DNA from: Tubiluchus corallicola
Lineage: Eukaryota; Animalia; Priapulida
Assembly: GCA_030141605.1 (NCBI GenBank)
Contig: JAQGDQ010000095.1
Location: 585,353-649,352 of the forward strand
Length of the DNA: 64,000 nt
Direction: 5' to 3'
Shown here: positions 36,258 through 51,800 of the stretch, in pieces
How the letters are laid out: every line of letters starts with the position of its first letter
Position numbering within the stretch: position 1 is the stretch's first letter
Translations under genes and position numbers: made by a program
Notes under the pieces: model-generated
The model's input: the letters and a program-made list of their open reading frames with translations, nothing else
Databases searched by the model: none
Told to the model about the DNA's origin: nothing

Positions 36258-39200
36258 GGCAGAAATTTACTAGAACAAGCTTCTTATCAACTTCTTGTGA
36301 TATAAAAACGTTTTTAGGCTGAGATTTTTTTCAGTAGTTGGAAAAGCTCATTATTTTGTGTAATAGCACTATGTCACTTTCTGCTTTACTTATTGTTAGA
36401 AGTTTAAGCACCTTGGTGGTTGCATTCATTCACATCACAGCTGGCATGTAGAAACTTTGCAAATTTCATAGTTAACTTGATCATTCAATTTCAGTTTATT
36501 TCAACTCCTATTTGTTGTTTTCTTCTTTTGTTTTTTTTGCATCATTTCTTTTTGACTTGCATTAATTTTACATTTTGGTGTCAAAAACAAATCAGTTTAA
36601 ATGCATAAAGTTTATTTAAATTGCAGAGAAATCTTGCCCTGTCTCCATGTTAACTTCTTCTTAAGTTTTTAGAGTAAGTAAATTAGATATGCAAAGTACA
36701 TGTATTTGTAAATGCACTTACACAGATATGTAGAATAGGCTATTGTATTACAGTGCTATTGCTGACATTTTTATGACTTGATAACAATTTAGCTTCTAGC
36801 TTTTAACAAGATTTTTGTTAGTTGTTTTTTTAAAGTTTATTATCAGTGCAATATGAATAGCTGAATGGTTTATTCTGTCATGCTGTGTTCATTTATCTCT
36901 AATTACTAATGTTGTAATATTTGTAACATGTTTATTACTGTGCTTCTGGTATGCTGTAATAAACAGTATATCAACATAATCGAATGTTGCATTCCTTTTA
37001 CTTAAAAGTGGATGCCATTATACTGATAAATTATTACAGTAGAAGTAATTGTTAGTGGTAGCATTACTCTGGTTTTGTTAGTTTTAAATGTTTGCAGTGG
37101 ATTGGTTGAGTTCCCTTCCCGTCGTATGCTGTTCTTTTCTCCACTAACACCTGCTTGAAGATTCTTTTTCACTATGATCTTTATCTGCTTAATATTTCAT
37201 GCCAACTCTGCTAATATGAATAGCAGCATAACAACTAGTCAAGTACTTGTCTATGTACATTTTATTTCTAAGATGTTGTTCAGCTTTGGTTTTTTATTTG
37301 ATCCCTGCTTTCCTTTGTTACTCCATCCGCAAGTACACAGCCACCTCGTTATCTGTCCACAAGTACACCACCTGTCTCGCACTACTTGTCTGTAAGAATA
37401 CTACCTGTTCTGAGCCTTGTCTGTTTCCATTTATAAGACCTCTATCCTTTTTCAAGTGCAATATTGCTACACTGAGCAAAAAAGAAAATGATTAGATATA
37501 ATTAATATGTTTCATTGTTAATTTGTTTTAATTATATGTTGAGTTTGTTGGCAACTTTCAAAAATACTGCATCATTTTTGATCATTTTAGTTGCTAAAAG
37601 TGGGTTGAACACCATCACAGCGAAATGTTGATTTATTTATACAAGTATTTATTTTAGTTAACTACAAAACAGTTCTTAGTCTCTCCATTAGTTTTAAACT
37701 ATAATTCGTGCTAATTAACTAATTGTTTTTGGTGTTTGCAGTCTGATTGGTGGTTTCTGACTCTGTATCTCACTACTGACTGGTTAATGGGCATGGTGTT
37801 TTATGGTGTTGGCTTCTTTTTTAACATGCTTTGAGTTGCTTATTGGATGACAGAAAGTGCATTTTGATGACTCATTCCTTCTTTACTGTGTCCTTGAAGA
37901 CAGACCAAATTGGGATCTCATAAGAAAGACTGCATCGTGTATGCCTGGTTTATTGTTGTATGATTAAAGCTGATGGTATGCTAGTGTTTGCAGCCAGTTA
38001 CTGGATTTCACAAATCCTTGCTGTGGAAATGCAAACTATATTGTTTTTATGTTGATTGCACAAGCAGCGCATTAGGCAGACACACATACAAGCAGCACGT
38101 CCAGCTGCAGTCACTTGCAGGTTTAAAAACAACTATAACTTCTGAGTTCTGAACAGGCAGTTGCAACATTTATACATATTTTCATTGGGTAGCACTGTAC
38201 CTGTTTTCAAAACAACAGAAGCTATAGATGACTGTATTCCCTTGTAAAAGTGCATAGCTATCCACTACAATGTTTGGCTGCAAATACAACATTATCATTA
38301 TCATTAACTTTAGGCATTAATTATATTTAAATTTTATAATTAAAGTTGTTACAGTATTTTTTTTTTGGTTTTGTATATTTACAAAATTTATTGCTGCACA
38401 AAACAATATGTTACATAAAGATTTTAGAAACTATACTGAAATGCTTTTTTCAATACCATCCAAATATTTTTAAGTAAAATTCAACAATTTGTATTGGTTT
38501 AATACAAGATTATTTGACTAAAGTATTTTGATTCAGTGCAGTCGCATTAAATCTGAAATAAAATGTTTGAATGTTAAATGTATTTAAATGATCAAAAACA
38601 TGAAAAATTTAGACTAAAAGAAAAGATGAGCATTGATTACAATTTTGCCTGTTTCGTTAAAATGGTATGTAAATATACTTATGTAACCAAGGAAGGGTTA
38701 GTTAATGAGCAACATTTGTCTTTTTGAACATGAAAGACAGAGTAATTAGATCTGCCAAAAGTCAAAAGATGCTTGCTTAAAATGTGACCTAGAGTGATAA
38801 TGTAAAAATAACTTGGTTAATAACTACGTATTTATTTAGGTACGTTGACTTAACGATTAAACATAAGTCTTGGCATAAAATTTGTCTAAGGAGTGATGAC
38901 TTATTTCATAGCATGTTTGTTATTAAAATAAATGTAATCCGATAGTTCTCTGACTTCTTTCAAATTAGTAACTTTATTGCTAATTTGCTTTTAAATATAT
39001 TTTGCAGCTTGTCTGAACACTGCACAATTTTTTCCAGAAAACTTGTACATTTTGATTGCACAAGCTTTAATTTTATATTAAATTAAATTTAATTTTCTTC
39101 ATTATTTGACTTGTTCTATAATTTCTTTTCATTCATTCTAGCCTACTGTTCTTTTTAATTAGTTTCTTTTTTTCACGAATTTTTCTTAATTTGCCAGAAT

Positions 39201-42200
39201 ATTTATATATATAATTGTGCATTGCATGTAATCTATTTATTTTGTTGTATCAGTAATCATTGTTTCAGTGCTTGTATAAATTTGTTCATTACAGGTTGTA
39301 AATTTTGATTTTGCTATGTATAATTTTTAAAATTACAAATTGATTTAGTTTAACTTCAGCCTCTCTTTTGAAAGATGATCTTACAATATTTGTACCAAAC
39401 ATTAAAGTAGTGATAGCCTGTCATACTTCTTGATTATCATCTAGCTCTGTAGTATAGTCTTACCTTTGTACATTATATGTCTAGTAGAATTTTTCATTCT
39501 TGTACAATTAAACAACATACTTGTATAGATGTATACAGCTAGTAAGTGTTAATAATGTCTTAAACAGTCTTGTTCTAATGTTAATCTGTTGGTGAATTGT
39601 AAATAATTATTGGCGTTTCGTCTATGTATAGCTTTTTTAAATTCATTATTGTTATTGACTTTATTATAATACTGTTAAATAAGTGATTGTGTCATTTGAG
39701 AAAAAATGCTGTTGATTTGGGCTAATCTGGTTTAGACCAGAATGTTGGGTAAGCATGATAATAATTAGTTATTGAAAAATGACAGTTTCTTTTAGTGCAT
39801 AGTTTAAGCATCATTATATCAAACGTAAATGCTGTTATTCTAACACTGTAGGTCATGCTAACAAACCTAGTTACCTAATGGTTGTCGTTTAGTATAATCA
39901 TAAAAGCTAATAATAGTCAAAATTCTTTCTGTGATAACAACCTGTATGCATACTCAGTTATACGTAAGTTTTATGTTTGTGTTTGATTTCTTTTTGGCTT
40001 TAAAACAAAAAGTCAGTTTACCAGTCTCAAAGAATTTTCTGATGCTTTGTTACCTTTAGTAGTTCCATTGTTAGTTTAAAAACATAGCAGGCAGTTGTGT
40101 TATGCACATGTAACTGTGGCTTCATGCTTATATGCATAGTTTAATTACACTGGGCTGTTATAAAAGTGCATTTGCACTGTACAGTACAGTATCATTTTTG
40201 GTAGGCTGTCGTCTACTTTAATCACTTGTAATTCATTTATTCTGACCTGTACTTCTGGAGTTTTCCTCAAATTTTTATTCAGAGCTATTGTAAAATTTCA
40301 GTTAATTTAAATTTGCAGGTCTTTTGTAAATGTACAGAACATGCCAGATCAGCTCATTAAATTATACAGTCATTTTAACAGGTAATTTACTAACTAATTA
40401 ATGCCAATTGGATTTGTTAATTTTATGTCTTAAACTTTTACTGAATGCACTTATGAGAAAGACATTATAAGACTTGGAAAAAACTTCTGACGACTTGATG
40501 TTTCTTTAGTTGAAAGCTTTCTGTACACAAAAATTTTCAAAAATGATGTATGTTAGATGTTATAAATTAACTTCAAAAGAAACGCGTTACCTCCAAAAAT
40601 AAAGAAAGCAAAACAAACTTTTATTCTGTGTCATAGAGATTTTGTTTGTTATTTACAATTGTTTACATAATAAATATAAACTGCTCGCTGTTCATAAAGT
40701 ATTCTACATTATTTGAAAGTGCCTTTGTGTATCTTCATTACATCGATACATATAGAGCTTTGGGAGATATTACATGTAGTGATATAAACTAAACAAGCTT
40801 AACACTAATATCCATAGAGCAATGGAATAATTGCATACTTCAAGTGCTACCATACAAACAATACAATTGTATTAGTATATTTACGTTAGTTGAGGCATTA
40901 TGCTTCTGTGGTTAATTTGCTGTAAGAATTTTTCATGTCACTTTCATATATAAAGTGAGATCTTCATGGCTATTTCTAAAATCTGTCCCTTTCATCTTGT
41001 TTCTGAGTGTTTATGAGGTCAGTCAAAGTACAGTCAAAGATCACTAGCTGTGGCCCAAGACAAACTAAATCAATCGAGCTTTAACAGAAAATTATAGAGT
41101 TTAACCACTAACCAGTAAATAAGTGAAAATGAATCGGCAAAATAATAAATGTCAAGAGTAAGTCTTGGACTTTGGTCACAAAGAAATTGTTAATTCTCTT
41201 TAAATGTTTGCAGTATACAAAGAAATACAAGCAATAGGAGATTGTAAGTGCAGAAAAAACAGAGATAAAAATTAACGGAAAAGAGCATTTAATTTTGCCT
41301 AAAGGGCACATTTTAATATTCAAAATTGCCGAAACTTGGAGTATGTAATGGCAATTAATCAATGGGGGAAGGAATGAGACAGGTGTCATGACTCGCATCT
41401 TCAACAACATTGCTGAATTTTTATTTTCGGGGAAAAATAAGAAAATAGGCTACAGATTATATTAGAAAAAGGTATTAAAACACATATCCATATCTACTCG
41501 TGAATCGTGAGGACTTTTAAATCTAGCAAAGCCATCATTTATTGACACCTGTATATACAACACTTTGGATGAAAACACAATTTATGTACAAAATCAATTC
41601 CAAGTCTAGTTTCTAGAAAAATCTCTAAACTTAACATACGGTACATTAATGTGTTGCCAGTTAGTACTTAAAATGTTTACAGATATGTAACATTTACCAT
41701 AAACAAGTTTGTGAACAATTTTCCTCTTGTCAAGAACAGGAATTGTTAATCATATGTTATCCTATAATATGTCTATAGTATATGTGTAAAACCTAACGAG
41801 TGCGCTACTAATAACCTACAGCCTATGAGTCTTGTTAATTCTTTTCAGTTAGTCATATATTTTTAAAGCAGAAGCTTAACCTTGCTTACTGCATCTGTTC
41901 AACATACACATATAACATTCACAGCTCTACTTTGCAATTTGACGTTATTTTCATCATAGATATTGATGGGCTTCGAGGGATAATGATGTCACAAAAATTT
42001 AAAAATTCCCAACACACTTGTGCTGGCATTCCACTTTCCAATACTTTATTTATATGCATTACTGGACATGGCCATACACTAAGACCTTGTGCACTGGACA
42101 GTAAAACACTTGCAGAAAATCAGTGTAAGATCCACATCTCCACTGGATTTCCACTGAACATTTTAGTTGCATACAAAATATTTAACAAAAGTTTCAACCA

Positions 42201-42839
42201 AAAACAGAGTAAATGAAGTGTACACTTATCCTACACTATATCGTAAGACCACTACAGTAACAAAGTAACCGTTCATTTTTTTGCTACAATTCATGACAAA
42301 TTTCTAAAGTTTGATTCCATTATTTTCTAACTGCCAAAGACATAAAGGTACCAAACAAAGAAAATATGTCAGAGAACAGCATGGAGAAATTTAACACTCT
42401 GTATGTTATAGTAGTCTATTCAAGTATTCATGAACAACATGTGTGTCAATCAGGTAATGTAACATTTGTAATATTACTGGAATGTTGATCAATAAATTTC
42501 TAAACAGGAACAGGTCACTTTCAAAAGTTAGTGTTGAAAGACATTTGAAAAACAATTTCATGAGTATTCGAGGCTCAATTATACAACACTTCACACTGTG
42601 TGTTTTTAACCAACAAAACCTCTATGTTGATAGTATTTAGATTTATTTTGAGCAAAAAAGCCACTTTTCCTCTAAGAAAGTCTATTTGGCAGCTTCGTTT
42701 TCTTTGTTTTATGCTAGATTTCCTTTTCTGTAGTTTTATCAACATTTTGCACATGACAAGCCAACAGATTTTTATGAAATGATATACGGATGATATTTAT
42801 CCACTAAGTGCTGAAAGGAGATGCAATTAGCAGACGGAA

Positions 42840-45800
42840 TCAGAATTTGTCGGTAAAAGTGTGTGCAGCATCATCCGACAGTACATTTATGAGAGGCTTG
42901 ACAGCGTCCTTTGGTACCAGAATTCCTGTAAGAAACAAAGAAAAGTAAATGACTATATAAAGCTTGTCCAAAAGCAATAGATACTTACATCATCATCCAA
43001 ACATGAATGACAAGAAAATAATTTGTCTTATTTTCCTAACTCCTGATTCAGATAACATTAACATTTTTTATAGCACCTAATGGCAAAAATAAAATGTACA
43101 AATGGCATACCATTCTATTAAACATGACATAGCCTAAGCTTAAAATAAATACAGATAAAAAATCAACAGAAAAAACGTATACTATTCAAACACATATATT
43201 TTCCAAAAGTATGCCAGTTTCCAGTACATCTTCACAATTTTATGCTGCAGTGACATATAAAATGCTGATTCTGGTTCACAATTTTTTAGCATAGCTATGA
43301 AACTTCATATCCTTCAGGATGTGAAAATGCAATTTTGTGAACAAAAAAACTAGTAAATAATCAGGTTCAGCTAAAACATGTGTAAAGGTGGTTACTATCT
43401 CACCTGCAATCTTGCGTTTGTCACTCGTCTGCACACGTATGATTTGCATCTTAGCATTATGACTACCTGGTATGGAAGACAGCACTCTCTCAACCTTCTG
43501 CCAAACACTGAGCACAGAACCACTGAGAATATGATACGTTCGACATCGTAGGCCAATGTCACAGGACAAACCAAAAGAACTGCGTCTACAATTTCCTCTC
43601 CTAAATACAGAAAAAGTAAACATAACACTTCAGATGCCACCTTTGCAAAATCTGATTAATCAGTATTATTGTTTATCAAATACAACCTGTCATAAAAAGA
43701 AAAATGGGCTAATGTTGCACACAGGGTAGTGTCAGACGATGAATTTCTGGTTTTAATAAAAATAAATGAAAGCAAAAACTGTTTATATACGACTTTGTCG
43801 TTTTCAGTAAAGCTTGGAGCTCACTGTCCCACATTGGGCTTTTTACCACATTTAAAAGATTGGCTCCTTTTTTAATGGGATATTAATTTCCTAGAAGCAG
43901 TGAACGAGCTCAAATTCACTAATGTTACAGACTTACTTGACCCTAGAAGAGTTTATAAAACACTACTCCTTCAAGTTATAGAGAAGCACATTCAGATACA
44001 TTAGTTATGCCTCTCTATTATGCACAGAGAAAAAATAGAACACAGAATTTAAAATAAAATACCAGAATGCATGGCTGCATATATTTGCTGAGGCTATGTA
44101 TTGATGTTGCCATGTTTCCTGAGCTTCGTCAGGTAGGACTTTTCTATACATCTTCTTGATTTCCGTTATCGGCTCTGCTCGTAACTGTTTTCCTGTGTTT
44201 GGTCTATAAATGATGTGCATCCGCTCTTTCTTCTCATTATAACGACGCAGTCGTCCTGTTAAACCGACACTTAACATGGCCGTGTACCGATTATTCCTCT
44301 CCTGCATTCAGAACATCAAGCAAATAACATAAAAAAAATAACTGGTAAATCTGCTTAGGCTTACATGCCATTTTTTATGCAATGCTTACTAGTTTTAGAA
44401 TCCGAGTGATTATGTTTTCAGTCAAACTAATTACATGGCCCTTATTCAAAGAGACCGTTACTCGGGCATGGGCGCTTACTATTTTTGTATTCTGCTTCCT
44501 CAGGCGCTTACTCAGATAGGCCATCATTCAGATGCTTATTCACATAGGCCCTAAGTTAAGCACCAGTGCTAAAACGAGTAAATACAGTAGCGAAATATTA
44601 ACTTCTGTCCTGTACACTATCTGAAAAGTATATAAAAAATAGACGTACGTGCTTGTTTACAAAATAAAGCTTGAAAAAGTGTAATTATGTGAAGATGTGT
44701 AATTAACTAATTATATGGTCCTATACTCTTGCATTACAAACCTCAACTCGTAGAATTTGTAGACATTTCATAAGCATGCAAACTGTTATGTTGATTTCAG
44801 TACATCACATAAAACTAATTAAGATACGATCAAATAAATTTGCAGCCACAAAATATAGCTCTATATTTGTCAGTTTTCTCAAACACTTTAGCTTTGTAAT
44901 TTGCATCTGCAAGTAAAACTTAAGTGCCACTAATACATTACTAATGAAAAGAGAGAGCAGAGATCCTAGAAAATGGCATGTTGATAAATGGGTTTTAATG
45001 GAAATTTTTTAGCAATAATCTGTACCAGCTTAGCACTGTTTGTAGTAAAATTCTAATATTAGTATTTACTGTTTTCATATTTTTTGCTGATGATGGCAAA
45101 GGTGAAATACAAATGTAGTAAACCGAGTGGTGCTAATCTTCAACAAAATGATGATATTTTCAGTGGCTGTTGTAGCTATTAAGTAAGATTTCCAAATGAC
45201 GGACAAATAAAGAGTACTTCCAAGTAAACACAGACCCGAATGGATATGTAGAACCCATCATCTGAACCCGTATGTTCCCTCCATATATCTAGAGCTGCCT
45301 CCCATGAAAGACCTCGTTCAACGCTGACTGTGTGCAACTCTGTCAGGGCGGTACCATCTGTAAACTTGCCCATGAATGTCCGAACCTGCAGATGCTTCAC
45401 GTGATCTCCGCCAGCACCAAGATCTAACAAAAAAATGCACATCAAGTTATATCTGCAGGTATGCTGCACACTGGTGTAAATGTCAATGGATTAGGTTCTG
45501 CCAATTGCATCAAATTTGTGTGAAAAAGATATTTGTGAGAAAAGTAGGTCTGTTTAAGAGCCCTTCCTAAAACCAAGTCATGCTTGTCAGTTCAGTAAAT
45601 AACACTTAGTATAGGTGATCAGCATCACTCACTCTTTATTTGCCATGAAAAAACATGTAAATACGCACCCATGATGCCTATATCATATCGGCCATTTCGT
45701 TTAGCTTGTAGTATCACAGCTTTCAGTGTACTGGAAAAGTACTGGAATAATGCATTCTGCAAATCAACTTTTATACCAAGAATCCGGTTAAGAAACTTGC

Positions 45801-48800
45801 TCATCTGATTATAATCTGAAATTAAAAACAAACAATAAAACCTGCTTGTAGGAAATGAATTAAAAGTTCTTTATCACTCAAGACAATTCATTATTTGAAA
45901 GAGCAAAACTGCCCAAATGTGTGTTAATGATTTACCAATGAAAACAGCATAATCGAATTAGTTTAATTTTTTTTGCATTTTCTTCTGAAATATTTAATTC
46001 TAAGAACTTACTGCTTGAGTTAGCTCACCATCCAAATAAAACTACTAGAATATATTAGCTTACACAGACACAGCCCCTTTACTTTTCAAAAATACTCTAT
46101 CTAAATAGCCAATTTTTAGCATATTGGCTTTTGTAGGACTTTTAGTATAATGTACCATATTTATTTGTTTGATATGAATCATTATAAAGCACACCTTTAT
46201 CTAAGTTTATAACACCAGGAAACCTCTCATCAATGTACAACAACCCGACACCTATCAGCCCTTCCTGTGCATCATCAAAAAACTTCCCAGGGTAATCAGC
46301 AGGAGGTGCTGTTACAGGTGAGTCCAGGCCAGCGATGCTACGCATAACTGCCTCTAGTGCCGCTCGACCAAATCGATTGTCAAAGTTAAATCGACTGAGA
46401 TCTCGCGATTCCGTAGCCCGTCGATCGCCGTGCGTTAGTGCACCTAAGCTTTCCAATCTGCAATTAACAAAACAGATAAGTCAATCTTATAATTACTCTT
46501 TCACATCTGCATATACATTGTGTGCAACATAATTATAACTGTGCATTGTTTTATAATATTATTTATAAAAGGTCAGCAACATGCAATAAACTGTTAGTAG
46601 GCATATGTTTCAAGATGAAACGTAAAAGAATTAAATTGCTACAAACCAAAGATAATACATCATAAAATACAACTTGATATGCTCACAGAAAATTGTAAAT
46701 GCAAAAAAGGAAGAGTCAATGAGTTTCAGAGTAATCTTTGAAGATGTCACCAGTAATAGTGTATCAATTACTAGGACTCTCCTAGCTGTTTTTTAATCAA
46801 CCAGACAACTTGTACCAACAAGCAAACGTCAAGTGTTTTATGATTTGTCGAGTACTCAGCAGTATCACTCGTGTCATGTGTTATAAACAAAACCATTATC
46901 AATCTTTCTGACACAATTCATATGCTCAGGTATTTTTTGAATTCCTTGCAAAGAGCATCTTCCGGGGAGTTCAATAAAAAATTTTATACTGATACAGCGT
47001 TCATTCAACAGTGCTCCGATGTTTAAAGCAATTTACCTTTTCAGTATTTGATACATATGGATGTAGTTTGGGCAATTTAAAATTTGCATGTTGGACAATA
47101 TTTGCATTTCAGAATAAAAAGATTACATATAATTAGCACACACCTATAAAATGAGTTAAATGTTAAATGATTCCAAATGAAAGTTCTTACTTTTCCCTTA
47201 ACTACTTATGTACCTCTTGGCTACAACAGATGCAAATCGGCATTCGCCAGCAAGTTCGGATATGAGGAATATGTACTCAGGAGCGTTGACTTGATTAGAC
47301 CGATGTGTGCGTCCAAACTGCTGCACTGCTCTGTCAGCACTCCAAGGTAATTCCAAAGTGACATGAACTCGTCGACGTTGATTCATTGCCCGTTTGTCCG
47401 ATTGAAGAGAAATGCCGGAACTTGCAGCTTCAGATATTATTGCAATTTGCTATGGAAACACAAAGTATGTAAATCTTGGTAAAGCTTGTACTAAATCTAG
47501 GAAAGAATGGTTGAAAAATGGTAAGTTCGAAAATACGGTGCCAAAAGTGCTGCTAAAGGTAACACTAAAATTGAAAAACACGGTCATACATTTATAATGT
47601 ATCCACGCAGAATGAAGAAAAGCTGAAGGAAATGTCTGATAAGGATTGACATGGTATTAAAAAAACACTGGCAATAAAAACAATTGTTAAGAAGTATTAA
47701 AAATATTTAAAGTATTTAAAAGCAAATGGCCAAATTCAACTTTTTAAGGTTAGAAATAAAAGAACATCGACAACAGAGAAATTGTACAATACCATGTGGC
47801 TGTACACATAAAGGATACCTTGTCATTATCCATAAATCGCTGCTTTTCAGTCAAATTTAAAGTTTCTAATGGCACATCTTGTTCAGATCGAGATTCATAG
47901 CGTACGGTCCCATCCTCATCACTGACTATCCTTCCTTTTCTACCAGTCATCTAAAAAATAAGTATGAAATAACATGGCTGCTAATTAGTGGAATTCGTTT
48001 GTTGTAATGGGACTAGCAGAATAGTAGTCACGCATTGATGAGCAACGTTAATAAAGTCAAGCAGTGTGTGTAAATCGAATCCTAGGTAATTGACAAAGTC
48101 ACAGAGAAAAGATGCATTTTGAGACAGCTTTGCAAGTTTGCAGACAAAAAGGGCATGTAATGACCACGGCTTAAATAAAGAATATTATGTAATACTAGAA
48201 GGACAAGTAATATAACTACAACCTAAAAGCAGCTTATTCGTTGACATTAAAACTTATCACAGTCAGTAGGAGATACAACTCACTTCTGCTACGTTATCAG
48301 GTCCACCAAGCAAATCTATCAATTCATCGAGTGTATTTGGTGGAAGCCTAGAATCCAATGTTTCCAGATCATCCAGTAATTCTTGCCTCATATCCATGAC
48401 TTGTTCTCTAGCTGCTGCTGGACTGAGACCTGCCAACTGTCCCGTCAAGCATGGTGCAGATGGTTCTGCATGAAAAAGATGAACCATTAATAGTGTCGGA
48501 GAACGATCTAAAAGCATTAACTGTCTTTGCTAATAAAAACCCATTTTACAGGAACCGAGAACATCCACCACAAAGACTGTTATCACTTTTGCCAAATTAA
48601 TACTACAATTGGTAAAATATGACAAAATTTGTACAGATTAGACAATGATTAGCACATGTTAAGGACATTACCATAACCTCCGTTAACACCACTGAGACCA
48701 GGAGAAGCTGGAGCTGATGCCGACTTTCGGTCTTCATCTTTTAATCTTTCCTTAACTGTATTTAGCTTGTACTTCTGTTTTTTGTTTTTCTCCTTCTTTT

Positions 48801-51800
48801 TTTCAATTCGTTCTTTGATTTTGTCCTTAGTTGACTTCTTCTTTCTAGCTAGCCAAGGATCTAAAACGAAGAAGAATATTTATTGTAAAACCTCTACATG
48901 ATTGTACTATGAATTTTGCATATATGCATAGATGTACAGTACATTTTTTCAAACCACTGTACATTCATGGAAGTGGCTAAATTTTCTTTGTCAATACAGG
49001 CTGCTCCATTGTAATAATTATTTTTATTTCATAATAAATAGAATTCGGGTGTTTTATTCAGCATAATGAAACCGTTCAGCAAAGTACAACTGCTGAATCT
49101 GGTATAACCAAATTTACGTGATGATATCTAGCATACTGTATCCAGATTATTGCTTATAGTAATGAGTAAGGTAACACAACTACTCTGCTTAGTCTTGTAA
49201 TCAAATTACTAATTACTTTGTTAGTAATGCCACTAAACCTGTGTTACTTATCTGTCCATAAATATAATTTTAAACTTGGGCTGTTTTGATTGTTTAGCCA
49301 CCTTCTTTTTGTTTATCTTTGCTAGACGATGCCTGTATGCAAGTTGCACACGGCTATTTATTACTTTGCTCATATAATGGCCTTATTTAACATTCAGACT
49401 GACTGCCTGATAAGAATTTCTACAACTGTAACTGACCTGCAAGGTACACATACTGTAGATGGCCATGGCTGAACGTTATTGTGTGTGTGCAGTTGTTTGC
49501 AATGGATACAGGTAACAAAGATGAATCTTTGTCTTCATTTCAACAATTAGCGCCCATTATTTAGATTTTGTAAATGCAGCAAAACTAAATATAACAGTGC
49601 AGTATGTTGCGTACAGGGAAAAAACAGTTTTAGGTCCGCGTCTAAAAAGTCTATGTTTCAGTGAATCTTGCTAGAAAGTGGTAGAATGAATTAACACAAT
49701 GACAGATTTAGACATATTGCAGAAGCAAGACTGTGATTTCACTAAAACAAAGGCAGAAACTGATGCACGCTTTTGCTAAAGCATCACTCAAACTAGCACA
49801 AAAAGGTAATGAGTAATCAGTAAGCGATTACCCTTGCCAAAGTAATCAGTAGTGGGTAATTTGATTACAATTTTTCTGAAGAAATTAGTAATCGTAACAA
49901 ATTACTTTTCAAAAATAATGAACTCCACACTGAGCTTTTGCGCAAATAAAAATTATCAGCCATAGAGATGCAAGGGCAATTAATGCAATTTTATAAGGCA
50001 TATTGAGAAACAATGTGCATGGATAAATCTGCATCATGGAATTATCCGTAACTATTTGCCTAAAATAAGCCACTTGGCAATTAGCTAAACATACTGCTCT
50101 CAATGACATTGAGTAGTGCAATTACACACTTGCATCGTTTTTTAACTCGCCCCTAGATGGCCAGACACAAAATTGCTCAGTCACCCCATAGTAACGCCAG
50201 CTTTAGCAATGCCCATTCCAGCAGTGTGACTGTCACGTTAGAAGCTACAGCAGGACACTGAACATAGCTGCTGCTGGTGTCACAAACACCATGGCAACCT
50301 ATTGTTTCAGCTAAGCTATGTGTGAATGAAATTTTACGCAATTTTTTACAAGTATCATTAATGCACAAAAAGTTTGCATAAATAACATTGTGGTTGGATA
50401 TTTCATTTGAAGATGTTGGCTGTTTTTGTTTAAGTAGGCAAATGACTTAACTACATGAGAAAAATCCACCCCAAGAAAAACGCTTCACTCACTGAACAAA
50501 ACAGCATAAAACGTTTAATAAATTTACTGAAAACGCACAAAACCCAAAAACGATCTTGACACCAAAATGTGAACATTGACAAAGCTTAAGCACCCCTCTA
50601 AACAGATTTGTTGGCTGTTTTACCTGCAAATACTCATTGTGACAAAATTAATGAATATTGTGTAAAAAGTGAAATTTCTCAATGGCCAGCAAATTAACCA
50701 GACACAACAATGAAACATGTAATTGCACTATTTGTGGTCGCATGGAATTGAGCTTAACGTGCAGTAATTATTGCTAGCAAAATGTAAAAAAGCAAGCTCT
50801 ATTTGCACAAAAGGTTCAAAAACATCTACAAAATGTGTATAACTACTATCTTTGTTATATTATCAAACATATGGATATGACTTTTCATGCACATTTTAAA
50901 ACAACTTTCAACGAGCAATTCACCCACACTAACCATCATCACTGTCACTTTCCCTTCCAAACGGATTGAAATCAGACTCCTCTGCTTCGGAAGAACTCTC
51001 AGAATCCGAGGATGATGCGGAAGAAGACACTATGTTGATGCTGTCGGTGGAATCATTAATGCTGACATCATTTTCATCATCTTTATTGACAATGTCATCC
51101 AATTTCCTCTTTTTCCTCGGTGAGCGGTCATTAGAAACAACTAAAGACATCAAAAAATCAGTCACATTTTATTCACGACCACTTTTTTAATTTTACTCGT
51201 ATTTGGTGATAAAAGCACATAGTGATTTTGATCATATCTTGTTTTTGTTTAATAATAATCAAGACTTTAGCATTTGCAAACAATAAGTACATGCAGATCT
51301 CAAACGAATGTGCAAACCTAATTTTCGCTTGGTTTTGTTAGCAGCAATTCCACTATCACTAAACAATTCGGCTTCCACTTCTTTGGCGAGTTCAGAAAGA
51401 CCGAGAATTCCATACACACTTGACGGGCGCTTACTCGGAGCAGGAAAATGTTTTTCCACCAACACCTGGAACACTCCTCTGGAAAATACAAGAACTCATT
51501 TACTAATATCTTAACTTAGTAAATATGGTAACATTTTTTGAGGTTAGAACACAAGCAATAAAATAATAAAAGCACTTGTAAAAGAATCTTCACTAATTTA
51601 ACAAGTTGTCATAAGTCATAGCAAGTATTCTAGTTAAAAGTCTATCTTTTCACATATATATATATATACATATAGGTAAACTTTCAAGTACACCATATAA
51701 TATTAATGGCTTAGGTTACAACTTTAATCTTAGTTTCTGAAAGTAGTTGCTTATATATATATATATATGTGTATAAGCAATATATATAATTTGCATATAA

